Part shown: positions 1 to 13,472 of the stretch, piece after piece | How positions within the stretch are numbered: position 1 is the stretch's first letter | How the letters are laid out: each line of letters begins with the position of its first letter | Origin: Nemertoderma westbladi | Taxonomy: Eukaryota; Animalia; Xenacoelomorpha | DNA length: 64,000 bases | Direction: 5' to 3' | Assembly: GCA_032718475.1 (NCBI GenBank) | Contig: JAUCBJ010000970.1 | Coordinates: 8,403 to 72,402, forward strand | The notes under the pieces: model-generated | Databases searched by the model: none | Told to the model about the DNA's origin: nothing | Seen by the model: only the letters and a program-made list of their open reading frames with translations | Program-made: the position numbers and the translations under genes

Positions 1-430
1 CGAGCCATCAGCGAACTGTGGGGAGAGTCAGAACTGCGAGCCATCAGCGAACTGTGGGCGAGTCAGAACTGCGAGCCATCAGCGAACTGTAGGGCGAGTC
101 AAAACTGCGATCCATCATCCAACTGTCTGGCGAGTCAGAACTGCGAGCCATCAGCAAACTGTGGGGCGAGTCAGAACTGCGAGCCATCAGCGAACTGTGG
201 GGCGAGTCAGAACTGCGAGCCATCAGCGAACTGTCTGGCGAGTCTGAACTGCGAGCCATCAGCGAACTGTGGGGAGAGTCAGAACTGCGAGCCATCAGCG
301 AACTGTGGGCGAGTCAGAACTGCGAGCCATCAGCGAACTGTAGGGCGAGTCAGAACTGCGAGCCATCAGCGAACTGTGTGGCGAGTCAGAACTGCGAGCC
401 ATCAGCGAACTGTCTGGCGAGCCATTATCG
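1..430. repeat. 35-36 bp minisatellite (GAGTCAGAACTGCGAGCCATCAGCGAACTGTGGGGC), truncated by the window start
   Basis: About 12 tandem copies are directly visible. The ORF 44..295 is only a translation of the repeat. Confidence 0.95.
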
Positions 431-3281
431 AACTGTGGCCGTTTTCCAAGAGTCTGTCTGTGGGTGTGGGAATGTGAGGTTCAATCGAAACGAAATTTGG
501 ACAAGTGTTAGATATATGCATGGTGACGGCTCATACAGACAATTGGGTGTCAGGATGGTATTTGCGCAATGCGAGCGCTATATTAGCAGTATTTTGGCAC
601 AGTTTAGGAAACAGCTATCTTATCATAGGGAACACAGTCAATGTTTCTGATATTTGCATTTGCCATGCAGGTTCGTAAATTATTTCCAATTCGATTAACA
701 GAGGCTGCTTTTTATTTTTTACATACATGGTGACCTATATGTAGCATGGACCTACCTACACGATGATCTAATTGAAGATTAATTAAGGTAACTACAGCGT
801 CAATTATGGTGGATTGTACTTATTATTCAACATCGCGAGATTCTTCCCCCATGAATAACAATTCGTAGGATTTATATGAGAACCAGAAATCAGGAACCCT
901 GTTAAGCATTGGATTAGAACATAACCATCCCTGCTATTATCTCATTGTTGTCTGCGGTAGTTAGAGGCAGGTTCGAAAATTTATAAATCATTCCAGTAAA
1001 TTGTAAATCATTTTGCGAGGGTTTCTGTTTCCCTAATAGTGAAGCTCCTGAGATGATATTAAAATTCGTATTTTATATGTCGTAAAAGCAGTCCATATAA
1101 AAAGATAAAGGGGGGAGGTGAGGGTCTCTTAAAACAATCAATATATGATTACTTACAGAAATGGAACTGAGATATTTTCTGAAATTTGCATCACTATGAT
1201 GGGGAAACTCTCCTTATATGTATGTTTTATAACCTATCCTATTAAATATCGTTTATGAAAGCCTATTGGTATGGAAATGGACCCAGTCTTGTAAGATATG
1301 TAGCAGAGAAGGATAATATTATTGCGATCAGCTTCTCCACCTTGTCCTTCAGAGCCATGCGGTATAGAATCCAGGGATTTTCACGAGAAACCAGACTACC
1401 ATTAGAACTTGTGGTTTGGAGTACCAATGGAAATACACATTGGTTAAGATAAAAAGTAGATAGTTGTGGAGGATCCAACAAATCTACACCCAATAATATA
1501 ATTTAAAATTCATCGCAAATATAATTAAAACTCGAGTTTCCTTGGAGACCTCCATCGTTTCTTTATTGTGCCGTCTTGGCGAGAATATTTGACTTATTGT
1601 GTAGATTATTTCGAAACTCTTACTTATTTAAATTGCATTGCAATGTGTACTTATATTATTATACTGTACTAATGTGCTGCATTGTATATGTATAGTAGAT
1701 TACTTGAGAACAAATAGGTTTAAATTTTATTGATATTACATCATGTACATATAATTCAAATATTTTCGAATTACAATATTTACAGAGACCCAAAGAAAAT
1801 CCTATTGAATGTTAGACTATTTATATAGAAACCCAAGTTAGTTTATGTCGACACCCCAACTAATTTTTTACTATGTATTTTTGTTTCTTTTTTATTTTAT
1901 TTTTTTAAGTGGAAACTTGCTAGTCGTCCGTCAGATATTGCATTATACCTTGCATGGAACTATATAGTAAATGTTGTAACTGACTGTCTTAACTCGGGTT
2001 GGTAATATTCTTGTCTTCAATAATTCGACAGTGACCCAACTGGAAACTGGCATTAGTGAGGATTTTCATACTAGTGAATTCTATATAGAATAAGAATATA
2101 GAATATATATTCTATATATAGATATAGAATTATATAATTCTATAAGCGAATTCTCTTGACTCTATATGCAATAGCAATACTTATAGAACGTCTCCACTTT
2201 TGGGTGTGGTAGGGATGATTTATGACCCTTGAATCGGGATTATTGGGTAGAAACAAAAAGATAAAATAATCCTAAATTTTGTATCGTTCTTTATTTTGAG
2301 TTGAGTTGCATTTTTAACACAGAGCAGACAACCGCACTGTCAACTGTTGGTTCACATGTTTTTACAAAAAACACACCCCACCACTCGATTCAGGGCACCT
2401 TGTTAGCCCTTATTTGACATGCACCAACCCTAATTGTTTGCGCTTTTAAGACTTCGATAATGTTCACAATCAAACTTTATTATCACAGAAATCTTGCTTG
2501 ATTTTGCTAACTTATTAACATCAAAAATTTAATTGAAACTAGCACAGGGATGACCCAAAGGGAGTCTGAACTATAGTGTATATTAGACTAAAACAGGCTG
2601 TTTATGTCTCATTTGATTGTAGGCTCAGAGTTTGGAATAGAGCTTAATGATACTAAAATGTGCATTTTAGGATGCAGAAGCTTTAACACCAGTCCCGAAA
2701 ATAGGCGTTGAGTTTAATATTTATACTAAAAGTCTCTACTTTCTAATAAGTTCACTGCTCCAAACAAGTCACTACATCTAATCACTTTTTCTTGAATCTA
2801 TGTTTACATTGTTTACAGTTTCTTCCCCTCTGGGTCAAGTCACCTTGGTAGGAGGACCAATGCTCTCTGGTGAAGGATGCAACATAATTACGTCAGGAGG
2901 GACCAGGTTTCTATTGGTATAACCACCAGTAGAGGTACCTGGAAGATTGGGGTCGAATGTTGATTCTTTCCTATTACCTTCCCTTTGGATCCAGGGTCCA
3001 GGTTTTTGCAATATAATTTTATGGCTTCTGTATAAGCAGTATTCAATGTACACTTCAATACGACAGCCTGTACAGGTACTTGTTTTGTCGTATATACTAC
3101 AAGGACATGAATACAATTATTGTCATTGTTTTGTCGTTTTTGACTATTCATGTCAATTTATGTCGACATGAATTGAGTTAACAATTCATGTCGACATATC
3201 GAAAGGGCCACTATTCGTCATTAATTGTCGAGGGCGCACAATATTTTCAACCACCCTTTCTCACACTCGATGTTCATACAG

Positions 3282-4476
3282 TCATCGTTTCACCTCTTGT
3301 AATTCGGGATGCGTGATGTTAAATGTATCACCGTATTCTATATCTCGGCGAATAGTATTTATGAGATCGTATGTGTCGGTATTATGGGGGTTTAAGTTCC
3401 GGAGATATTTACGCATGAAACGAGTGGAAATACATTCACCCACTCTCTTAATCAATTCATAACTAGGAATGCGCGTTCGTTGAGCTAGGTGGGGAAAGAG
3501 GTAGTGGTGAAAGGCATACACTGCTTCATATGCTCGCCCACGCCCAGGGTAGTAGAAATGTCTAGATTCGATGCGTGTAGGTCGGCACAGGCCTCCCAAG
3601 CTTGGATGTATCTAAGAATAATTAATTCATCTACTCTATCGAAATCCTTTCCGAATGGACAATCCCAACTAGCGTGACATTTGAATTGGCAGTATTGACA
3701 ATGAGAAGACTGTACATCGAACACCTTGGCTCAAACCCACTATAGGTGTTACGCGTAAAACTATGTAGAGTGCATCTTTTCCGGGGGTGACTATTACATG
3801 ATATTTGTTGATGGGGTTTAGGACAATCATCGCAGTAGTACCAAACATGTACGTTTTGTCGATTGTATTGTGGTTATTTCTCTCCGGTTGTTCAATACTC
3901 TTCCATTTGCTCGACACTGTCTGTTACAACAGGTATCGGGTGGTTCACCGATAAATACGTCATAGTGAAGTATAAATGCTTTATTTCCATCATCAGACCC
4001 AGGTGAATGAATACCTTGTGGATATCTCATTGCTAAGTCTTGCTGACGAACTATGTGGATTGTGGAGTTAGGTTTCATGAAGAAACTCCCTAAACTCATA
4101 AAATGTCAATGCGTTTATCAGGAACTCGAAGTCATCTTTATCCAATTGCTCTCTAATGGAAACTTCATGCTTGATTCGCTGCTTGTCGTTGCGTAATCGC
4201 TGCGCATGGAATCGGAACAAACCCATTTCAGTTTCAGCATCCAGGTCATTAGAGTCATGGAGGTCAATCGGGTGTCCCATTATTAGGAATCCCCTATACG
4301 TACAGTACCATCCTGATGGGTATAGCATAGCACTCGGTGAATCTCCGATAATTTAATTCACGTTTGAGTTGTTCTTCATTCATCAGTGGCTCGATGTAAC
4401 GCGTATCGTCCGATGTAGTCTGTTTACTAACGCTTCCGCTGCTTCCAGTCAACAGACTATGGAGCAGCTCCCGCAT
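3282..4476 (-). pseudogene. Frameshifted run of short overlapping ORFs including a CCHC zinc knuckle; probable TE- or virus-derived remnant
   Basis: Six overlapping minus-strand ORFs tile 3282-4476. ORF 3485..3724 contains CQYCQFKCHASWDC, an exact C-X2-C-X4-H-X4-C. The region is GC-richer than its flanks. Confidence 0.4.
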
Positions 4477-4975
4477 CGGTTGATTATACTGTTCTCTAAT
4501 TATCTTTTATAGAGTTTGGAGTATACTACTGTAGCTTATCGATACTAAAATGTGCATTTTGAGGACGCAAAAGCTTTAACATTATTCTCAAACAATGATG
4601 AATTCATTGAAGAATTAATATAGTATAGACTACTGCAGAAAATTTATGTAAGTACCAGATGGTATACAGAAGGTAAACTACCTACATTATAATATTTTTA
4701 GGGCAATCGGCACAGGGCTGTGCAATGACGTATAGGGGATATTTTTGCAACACAAGTAAGCACATTCAATTTGCATAAAATAAGACACTATGAACACTAA
4801 TAATCTGATAGAAAGGCAAACCAGATGACATCTAAAACTCCAAACAAAACAAAGAATAACCAAATTATTGAAAGAAAAGTACTATTTTTTGTGGAATATC
4901 GATCGTTTATTGATTGATGGTTAACCAATACCGATCGAAACATATTTGTAATTCGGTGATCAACCATACGTTGCA

Positions 4976-6287
4976 TACTGTGGGGCGAGCCACGAAGTTG
5001 GCGGAGCCTTAGCGAATTGACACTGTTAGGGGGTGCGTCAATTTATGCAAATAGTTGTCGTCGTCGTTGTCGTCGTCGTCGTCGTTGTCGTCGTCGTCGT
5101 CGTTACGATTTTGACATGCTAATAACTTTGTCGGATTTAAAGCTGCCAAGTTGAAAATTTGTAGGTATCAATATGAGCAAAAGTTGAGATTTTTGAGAGA
5201 CTTTCAGACACCATCAGTGCAATGGTCTCCCGCTAGAGGGCCACATGTCTAAACATTAAATGCCCTCCCATTTCTTTGCTTTTAATCCGTTTAAGCTGAA
5301 ACTTGGCAGATATGTATTAGACCATTAGCTGTGACTTTCAAAGGAGGCGAATCCATCTGCAGTTCTCCAGTCTGCCGCTAGAGGGCCAAAGGTCTGAAAG
5401 TGAAATCGTTGTCGTCGTTACGATTTTGATATGCTAATAACTTTGTCGAATTTAAAGCTGCCAAGTTGAAAATTTGTAGGTATCAATATGAGCTAAAGTT
5501 GAGATTTTTGAGAGACTTTCAGACACCATCAGTGCAATGGTCTCCCGCTAGAGGGCCACATGTCTAAACATTAAATGCCCTCCCATTTCTTTGCTTTTAA
5601 TCCGTTTAAGCTGAAACTTGGCAGATATGTATTAGACCATTAGCTGTGACTTTCAAAGGAGGCGAATCCATCTGCAGTTCTCCAGTCTGCCGCTAGAGGG
5701 CCAAATGTCTGAAAGTGAAATCGTTGTCGTCGTTATGATATTGACATGCTTATAACTTTGTCGAATTTAAAGCTGCAAGATTTAAAGTTGAAAATTTGTT
5801 TTGTTGAAAATCAGTTCAACAGTCACCCGCTATAGGACTACTTTATGCCTGAAAGTGAATAGATTCTCCCGTCTCATTGATTTTAATCAGTTTAAGCTGA
5901 ATCTTGCCATATATTCTGGACCACATGCTGCGTCTTCGTGGGGGGGGGGGGGGGGGGGGGGGAGATTTAATCGGTCTGCCGCTATACGACGAAATTTCTG
6001 AAAGTGAGATCCGTCTCTCATTTCGTTATCCGTTATTCAAGATAAAACTTGGCCGATGTACGTATGTACTATTCATCCATAGGCTGTGTCTTTGTGGGGC
6101 TGGAGACCCTAATCCATCTTCAGTTCTCACTATACCGCTAGAGTCAGAAATGTCTGAATAGAAATGAAAGAGGTAAAAAGTGATTAGGCGAAATCTGCTT
6201 AAAATTTGCTAATACAGTAATACTTTCGAATTAGTACTTAAATTAAATTAAGTCACGTGCTGCGCGAAGGCCCCACTTCGTGTAGTT
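4976..6287 (+). mobile_element. Non-autonomous Helentron/HINE-like element with (GTC)n microsatellite and ~315-bp internal tandem repeats
   Basis: Short subterminal inverted repeats GTGGGGC (4980) / GCCCCAC (6270). (GTC)n tract at 5055-5103. Internal unit restarts at about 5093, 5408 and 5723. Family assignment rests on architecture only. Confidence 0.55.
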
Positions 6288-6492
6288 ATATGTAAAGATT
6301 GTCACTCTACATTAGGAAAATAAATTTTCAGATAAAACAGGAAGAACGCAACGAGGCTTCTGTGGAATGTTGCAATCTGTATAATTTTTATAATTCATTT
6401 TTATAATGGGTTTTCTAATAATGCATAACTATAAATATTGTTGAAACTTTCATGCAATATAATGATATTTGAGAGGTTTTCTATTCAATTAA

Positions 6493-8044
6493 GGGGGGGG
6501 GGGGGGGGGGGTGCACTGCACACCCCCCTTAAGTAATTGAGAAATTGTAGCCATTTGCAAAAAAGGTCCATAGGGGGCAGGGGCGCCGGAAGCACGGGGG
6601 CAGCTGCCCCCCCCCCCCCCCCCCAAGCCCGTATGACAGGGGGGCAGCAATGTGCTCCTCCAGAATTAACTCACAACGGAAACGGCCCACACTATCTCAC
6701 TATTAATTAATATATATATGTAAAACCGTTGCAAAAATGTTACATTAGCAGCCAGACCAGATAGGATTCACTGGTGGCCAAAGGAGGGTTAACTTAGCTA
6801 AATATAAGAAGACTCAATCTAAATGTTGTAGCCCTTACCCTAAGCCATATTACCAATAATGCCTCCCACCCACCTCGGCCCAGTCCAGTGTATTATATAA
6901 AATCATGTTCCTAGAAAGCCAGCCTATCTCTACCACAGCATAGTCTGTAATTATGGCCTTGTGACTTGGACAATAATGGAAGCAAGGGAAGACTAATTGA
7001 CCACTGGCAACCCCTTCCTTTCCTCCGTGGGCGTACTCTTCAACTCTCGATGTTGCCTTACTCAATTTTAAAATTATTTAGCGTTCTCGAATATTTATTA
7101 CGTAACTAGAGAGCCGCTTAACTACATGAACCAATATTGGATATTGAGTTCGTATTGGATCCTAGGGAATAAAGGTGAAACTTTTTCTCCCAATTTTGCG
7201 GTATATTCAAGCGAAAACGTAACAATTTAAGATTAAAATGTTTTATGTTGAGGCATTTTATTTAACGAGCGTGAGCGAGGTTATACAGGGACGAGAGAAA
7301 TATTGAAAAAAAATATTCTACTTTTTTGCCTATGTAATAGGCCTACGTAATTTTATTCTTAAATTGGAACATTTTTGTTTTCTAATTCTTTAATAAAAGA
7401 TGGAGCAATATAGTGTTACAATAACTATTTAAGTAGTGGCAAAAAAGTAGGTTTTTTTTGTCGAGCGTAGGGAGACAAATAAGAAAGCAAGAAAAATATG
7501 TTACTTTTTGCCACCACTTACGTCGTTTTATTTGTTGTAAGTCATCTCACTTTTTTCTCGGACTATTTCAGCATAAATATCGTCCATCGAAGCTTCTTCC
7601 ATAGTGAAATACATGCATTACTATACCCTGGGTACCCATAGTTTGACCAAATTTTTTCTTATAAAAGGCTTTTATCATGAGGTTTTTTTTCTAGAACAAA
7701 TATTTGACCTTGTGACAGTATGGTATTTTTTTCAAAAAATATTCTAGAAAAAAACGTCTTCTATAACCAAAATATTAATCAAAATTAATAACTAACACTT
7801 GTTCTATAACATGTTTACAACATATTTACAACATACATATTTACACACAACAACATATTTAAATGTTTACAATGCAAACTTGTTAATTAATAGGTATTAT
7901 TAAATACATCCCATTTGAATTTTGTGTAACTATTTTTCTAATATTATTATCGTATTATAAAAAGTACCCTTTGTTAGCAGCTGCCCCCGTCGTACGAATT
8001 TGCTTCCGGCGCCCCTGATAGGGGGGTGTACGTACCCCCCACCC
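6493..8044. mobile_element. Small TTAA-flanked MITE (GGG...CCC termini) interrupted by a hAT element
   Basis: TTAA|GGGGG..GTGCACTGCACACCCCC on the left and GGGGGGTGTACGTACCCCCCACCC|TTAA on the right. Confidence 0.45.
6578..8017. mobile_element. Non-autonomous hAT DNA transposon
   Basis: Perfect TIR CAGGGGCGCCGGAAGC / GCTTCCGGCGCCCCTG and an 8-bp TSD ATAGGGGG on both sides. Confidence 0.85.
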
Positions 8045-8373
8045 TTAAGTTATTTATCATTGAACTTATAAATCCGGTCATCAATCATAATTATTATTGT
8101 CAAACGCTATACAGTATGTCAAACACTATATAGTAATTAATCAGCCAGAGCTGACTTATAAAAATATTGTAGGGCCTACACCCTGCCTAATGTCTGATAT
8201 ACAGTCTGACGTATACAGTAGTAGTACAGTACTGTGGTAGCATATGCTCTGCTCAGCTTAATGCTGCAGTCCTGCAGTGCTGAGGGGAAGTAAAATACTT
8301 CCGGAATTACATTCTTATGACGTTTATTTGATTGAGTTTTACTTTTATTTCAATAACAACGTAACTATTGAAT

Positions 8374-8538
8374 ATGGGGAATATTAATTCAAACCAGGAC
8401 AATGTTTTGAGTGCGGAGTTTGACTTAGAAGCTGATTCGCCTCCGTTGACTGATGAGGGCACCTCCATTCAACTCGATGCTTTTAACGATATCTCTAAAC
8501 TGCGGCATGTTGTAAGCGACATAAAACCTTCCACTGAG
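8374..8538 (+). CDS. ZZEF1: ZZEF1 exon 1 (MGNINSNQDN...FNDISKLRHVVSDIKPSTE)
   Basis: ATG at 8374 opens 55 codons with an MGN start as in vertebrate ZZEF1 (MGNAPS). The exon ends GAG|gttagg (phase 0) and joins exon 2 in frame. Confidence 0.8.
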
Positions 8539-8987
8539 GTTAGGTAGCCCTAGCGGCAGTGCGGTAGGCGTAGATGCTGTACGTACGCGGAAGACTACAT
8601 ATTCAGATATTGCAGAATTTGTATCCGTGGTCTGTCACTGGCGTCTGGCGATGTACCGGTACCGTACCTGCCCAGTACGAATCAGATAGCAGTTGCGCGC
8701 GCGCACATAGAATTGTACAAATTGATTTCCAGCGCAAATTTGTCTCAAATGAAATAAAGTTGTGTTTATTGTTTTGGTTACAAAATACTGACACAGTAAC
8801 CCAGTCGTATTTTTTTCCCTTTAAGGCCTAATGTTTAAATTAAATTAAGATAAGTTTTAAACCCACCAAACACAGGGCCTATCTGGTGTCTTCGCCTGCG
8901 CCCATTTTACGCCGTTAGCCTGTACAATTACACACGACCACGACACACGAGTGATACTAATTAGAGCTTATTTTCTTATTATTTTAG

Positions 8988-9516
8988 GTTTCCAATGAGA
9001 TCCAACTTATTGCCAAGTTCCGTTCTAACATCGCTTCGTGGATCCGCGATAAACACGAACGTCACGATCTCGTTGTAACTCGCACGCAGTTCGTCGACTT
9101 TCTCATGAATAAAGGCGCAACTCAAACCGAAGCTGTCGACTTCTACCACATGTGTATCCTGGACGACGTTGACCAAATCGAGGTCTCCAAACTGCAGAAT
9201 CTCCTACACGAGAATGCGGCCGGCCTGTCGGCCTTGATTAAGGACATGGATGGCACGGTGCGTCGTATGTTGCAGTGCTCGTTGATTCCCGGACTGGTTG
9301 ATGTCTACGCTCCGAGCGATTCTCGTTCCCCGAACCACGGAGAAACCTTCCTCAGGTTCCTGGGACACTGTCGAACCCCCAGTAACAAACTCGTCCCCCC
9401 GTACCTCAAGGCCTACTCAACTAGAAAAAATCTTAGACAGCACATGTTCTTGGATCACATAAAGAGAGTAACTTCGGAGGAATTCCAGGGGTTGTCGTTG
9501 AGTGAGGCTAAAGCTT
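8988..9516 (+). CDS. ZZEF1: ZZEF1 exon 2 (EF-hand region)
   Basis: Acceptor ttattattttag|GTT. Encodes ..SWIRDKHERHDLVVTRTQFVDFLMNKG..RRMLQCSLIPGLVDVY..FLRFL, resembling human ZZEF1 RWLEERL..VTLEQFRELLEARG..RQLQACSLVPGFTDIF..ILRFL. Donor T|gtacgt at 9517 (phase 1). Confidence 0.88.
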
Positions 9517-9805
9517 GTACGTCGGATATAGTTCAGTAATTAATATAGTTGGCAATATCCTGTTTGAGCTCCCGCGCTGGTTGGCTATTTCTTGGGCGGG
9601 TTGACTAAGGTGTCTTGACTAATGCATTATAATTTTGGTTAGGTTGTCATCAACCTTAACATTCCAGATACCCTACCAGATACGAGTGGTCAAACAGGAT
9701 ATAACCAACACTTATTTATTTTACTCTTACCTGCTAATATATTTTATATCCCTCGGCGTGGCCTTTAACTAAAATAGATAGTTAATATAAATTTAATAAT
9801 TTAAA

Positions 9806-12800
9806 TAGATAGTTTCCAATCTATTAATATTCTAATGGCTCGAGTCAGCTGGTTTCCAATCTATTATTATTATAATGGCTCGAGTCGGCTGGTTTCCAAT
9901 CTATTAATATTATAATGGCTCGAGGCAGATAGTTTCCAATCTATTAATATTCTAATGGCTCGAGTCAGCTGGTTTCCAATCTATTAATATTCTAATGGCT
10001 CGAGTCAGCTGGTTTCCAATCTATTAATATTCTAATGGCTCGAGTCAGCTGGTTTCCAATCTATTAATATTATAATGGCTCGAGTCAGCTGGTTTCCAAT
10101 CTATTAATATTATAATGGCTCGAGGCAGATAGTTTCCAATCTATTAATATTCTAATGGCTCGAGTCAGCTGGTTTCCAATCTATTAATATTCTAATGGCT
10201 CGAGTCAGCTGGTTTCCAATCTATTAATATTCTAATGGCTCGAGTCAGCTGGTTTCCAATCTATTAATATTCTAATGGCTCGAGTCAGCTGGTTTCCTAT
10301 CTATTAATATTCTAATGGCTCGAGTCAGCTGGTTTCCAATCTATTAATATTCTAATGGCTCGAGTCAGCTGGTTTCCAATCTATTAATATTCTAATGGCT
10401 TGAGTCAGCTGGTTTCCAATCTATTAATATTCTAATGGCTCGAGTCAGCTGGTTTCCAATCTATTAATATTCTAATGGCTCGAGTCAGCTGGTTTCCTAT
10501 CTATTAATATTATAATGGCTCGAGGCAGATAGTTTCCAATCTATTAATATTCTAATGGCTCGAGTCAGCTGGTTTCCTATCTATTAATATTCTAATGGCT
10601 CGAGTCAGCTGGTTTCCAATCTATTATTATTATAATGGCTCGAGTCAGCTGGTTTCCAATCTATTAATATTCTAATGGCTCGAGTCACCTGGTTTCCAAT
10701 CTATTAATATTATAATGGCTCGAGTCAGCTGGTTTCCAATCTATTAATATTATAATGGCTCGAGTCGGCTGGTTTCCTATCTATTAATATTCTAATGGCT
10801 CGAGTCAGCTGGTTTCCAATCTATTAATATTCTAATGGCTCGAGTCGGCTGGTTTCCAATCTATTAATATTCTAAAGGCTCGAGTCAGCTGGTTTCCAAT
10901 CTATTAATATTCTAATGGCTCGAGTCGGCTGGTTTCCAATCTATTAATATTCTAATGGCTCGAGTCGGCTGGTTTCCAATCTATTAATATTCTAAAGGCT
11001 CGAGTCAGCTGGTTTCCAATCTATTAATATTCTAATGGTTCGATTCAGCTGGTTTCCAATCTATTAATATTCTAATGGCTCGAGTCAGCTGGTTTCCAAT
11101 CTATTAATATTCTAATGGCTCGAGTCGGCTGGTTTCCAATCTATTAATATTCTAATGGCTCGAGTCAGCTGGTTTCCAATCTATTATTATTATAATGTCT
11201 CGAGTCAGCTGGTTTCCTATCTATTAATATTCTAATGGCTCGAGTCAGCTGGTTTCCAATCTATTAATATTATAATGGCTCGAGGCAGATAGTTTCCAAT
11301 CTATTAATATTCTAATGGCTCGAGTCAGCTGGTTTCCAATCTATTATTATTATTATGTCTCGAGTCAGCTGGTTTCCAATCTATTAATATTCTAATGTCT
11401 CGAGTCAGCTGGTTTCCTATCTATTAATATTCTAATGGCTCGAGTCAGCTGGTTTCCAATCTATTAATATTATAATGGCTCGAGCCAGCTGGTTTCCAAT
11501 CTATTAATATTCTAATGGCTCGAGTCAGCTGGTTTCCAATCTATTAATATTATAATGGCTCGAGTCAGCTGGTTTCCAATCTATTAATATTCTAATGGCT
11601 CGAGTCGGCTGGTTTCCAATCTATTAATATTCTAATGGCTCGAGTCAGCTGGTTTCCAATCTATTATTATTATAATGTCTCGAGTCAGCTGGTTTCCTAT
11701 CTATTAATATTCTAATGGCTCGAGTCAGCTGGTTTCCAATCTATTAATATTATAATGGCTCGAGGCAGATAGTTTCCAATCTATTAATATTCTAATGGCT
11801 CGAGTCAGCTGGTTTCCAATCTATTAATATTCTAATGGCTCGAGTCAGCTGGTTTCAAATCTATTACTTGGTTCGATTCAGCTGGTTTCCTATCTATTAA
11901 TATTCTAATGGCTCGAGTCAGCTGGTTTCCAATCTATTAATATTGTAATGGCTCGAGTCAGCTGGTTTCAAATCTATTACTTGGTTCGATTCAGCTGGTT
12001 TCCTATCTATTAATATTCTAACGGCTCGAGTCAGCTGGTTTCCAATCTATTAATATTCTAATGGCTCGAGTCAGCTGGTTTCCAATCTATTAATATTGTA
12101 ATGGCTCGAGTCAGCTGGTTTCCAATCTATTAATATTCTAATGGCTCGAGTCAGCTGGTTTCAAATCTATTACTTGGTTCGATTCAGCTGGTTTCCTATC
12201 TATTAATATTCTAATGGCTCGAGTCAGCTGGTTTCCAATCTATTAATATTCTAATGGCTCGAGTCAGCTGGTTTCCAATCTATTAATATTGTAATGGCTC
12301 GAGTCAGCTGGTTTCCAATCTATTAATATTCTAATGGCTCGAGTCAGCTGGTTTCAAATCTATTACTTGGTTCGATTCAGCTGGTTTCTTATCTATTGAT
12401 ATTCTAATGGCTCGAGTCAGCTGGTTTCAAATCTATTACTTGGTTCGATTCAGCTGGTTTCCTATCTATTAATATTCTAATGGCTCGAGTCAGCTGGTTT
12501 CCAATCTATTAATATTGTAATGGCTCGAGTCAGCTGGTTTCAAATCTATTAATATTCTAATGGCCCGAGTCAGCTGGTTTCCAATCTATTAATATTCTAA
12601 TGGTTCGATTCAGCTGGTTTCCTATCTATTAATATTCTAATGGCTCGAGTCAGCTGGTTTCCAATCTATTAATATTCTAATGGCTCGAGTCAGCTGGTTT
12701 CCAATCTATTAATATTGTAATGGCTCGAGTCAGCTGGTTTCCAATCTATTAATATTCTAATGGCTCGAGTCAGCTGGTTTCAAATCTATTACTTGGTTCG

Positions 12801-13472
12801 ATTCAGCTGGTTTCCTATCTATTAATATTCTAATGGCTCGAGTCGGCTGGTTTCCAATCTATTAATATTCTAATGGCTCGAGTCAGCTGGTTTCCAATCT
12901 ATTAATATTCTAATGGCTCGAGTCAGCTGGTTTCCAATCTATTAATATTGTAATGGCTCGAGTCAGCTGGTTTCCAATCTATTAATATTCTAATGGCTCG
13001 AGTCAGCTGGTTTCAAATCTATTAATATTCTAATGGCTCGAGTCAGCTGGTTTCCAATCTATTAATATTGTAATGGCTCGAATCAGCTGGTTTCCAATCT
13101 ATTAATATTCTAATGGCTCGAGTCAGCTGGTTTCAAATCTATTACTTGGTTCGATTCAGCTGGTTTCCTATCTATTAATATTCTAATGGCTCGAGTCAGC
13201 TGGTTTCCAATCTATTAATATTGTAATGGCTCGAATCAGCTGGTTTCCAATCTATTAATATTCTAATGGCTCGAGTCAGCTGGTTTCAAATCTATTACTT
13301 GGTTCGATTCAGCTGGTTTCCTATCTATTAATATTCTAATGGCTCGAGTCAGCTGGTTTCCAATCTATTAATATTCTAATGGCTCGAGTCAGCTGGTTTC
13401 CAATCTATTAATATTGTAATGGCTCGAGTCAGCTGGTTTCCAATCTATTAATATTCTAATGGCTCGAGTCGG
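9806..13472. repeat. 40-bp satellite array 1 (ATGGCTCGAGTCAGCTGGTTTCCAATCTATTAATATTCTA) in ZZEF1 intron 2
   Basis: About 90 near-identical tandem copies. A shortened variant (..TCAAATCTATTACTTGGTTCGATTCAGC..) recurs after 11850. Confidence 0.98.

Noticed and set aside
1-440. Shared words (ATGGCTCG, GAGTCAG) between the first minisatellite and the ZZEF1 satellite
   Set aside because: The matches are only 7-11 nt and in inconsistent orientation, too little to claim homology.
430-1500. Possible decayed coding sequence (ORFs 378..650 and 1263..1493)
   Set aside because: Frequent stops and no recognisable domain.
9105-9539. Standalone 144-aa protein
   Set aside because: It is the internal part of ZZEF1 exon 2. 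The frame is open from the acceptor at 8988 and is left at the donor at 9517.
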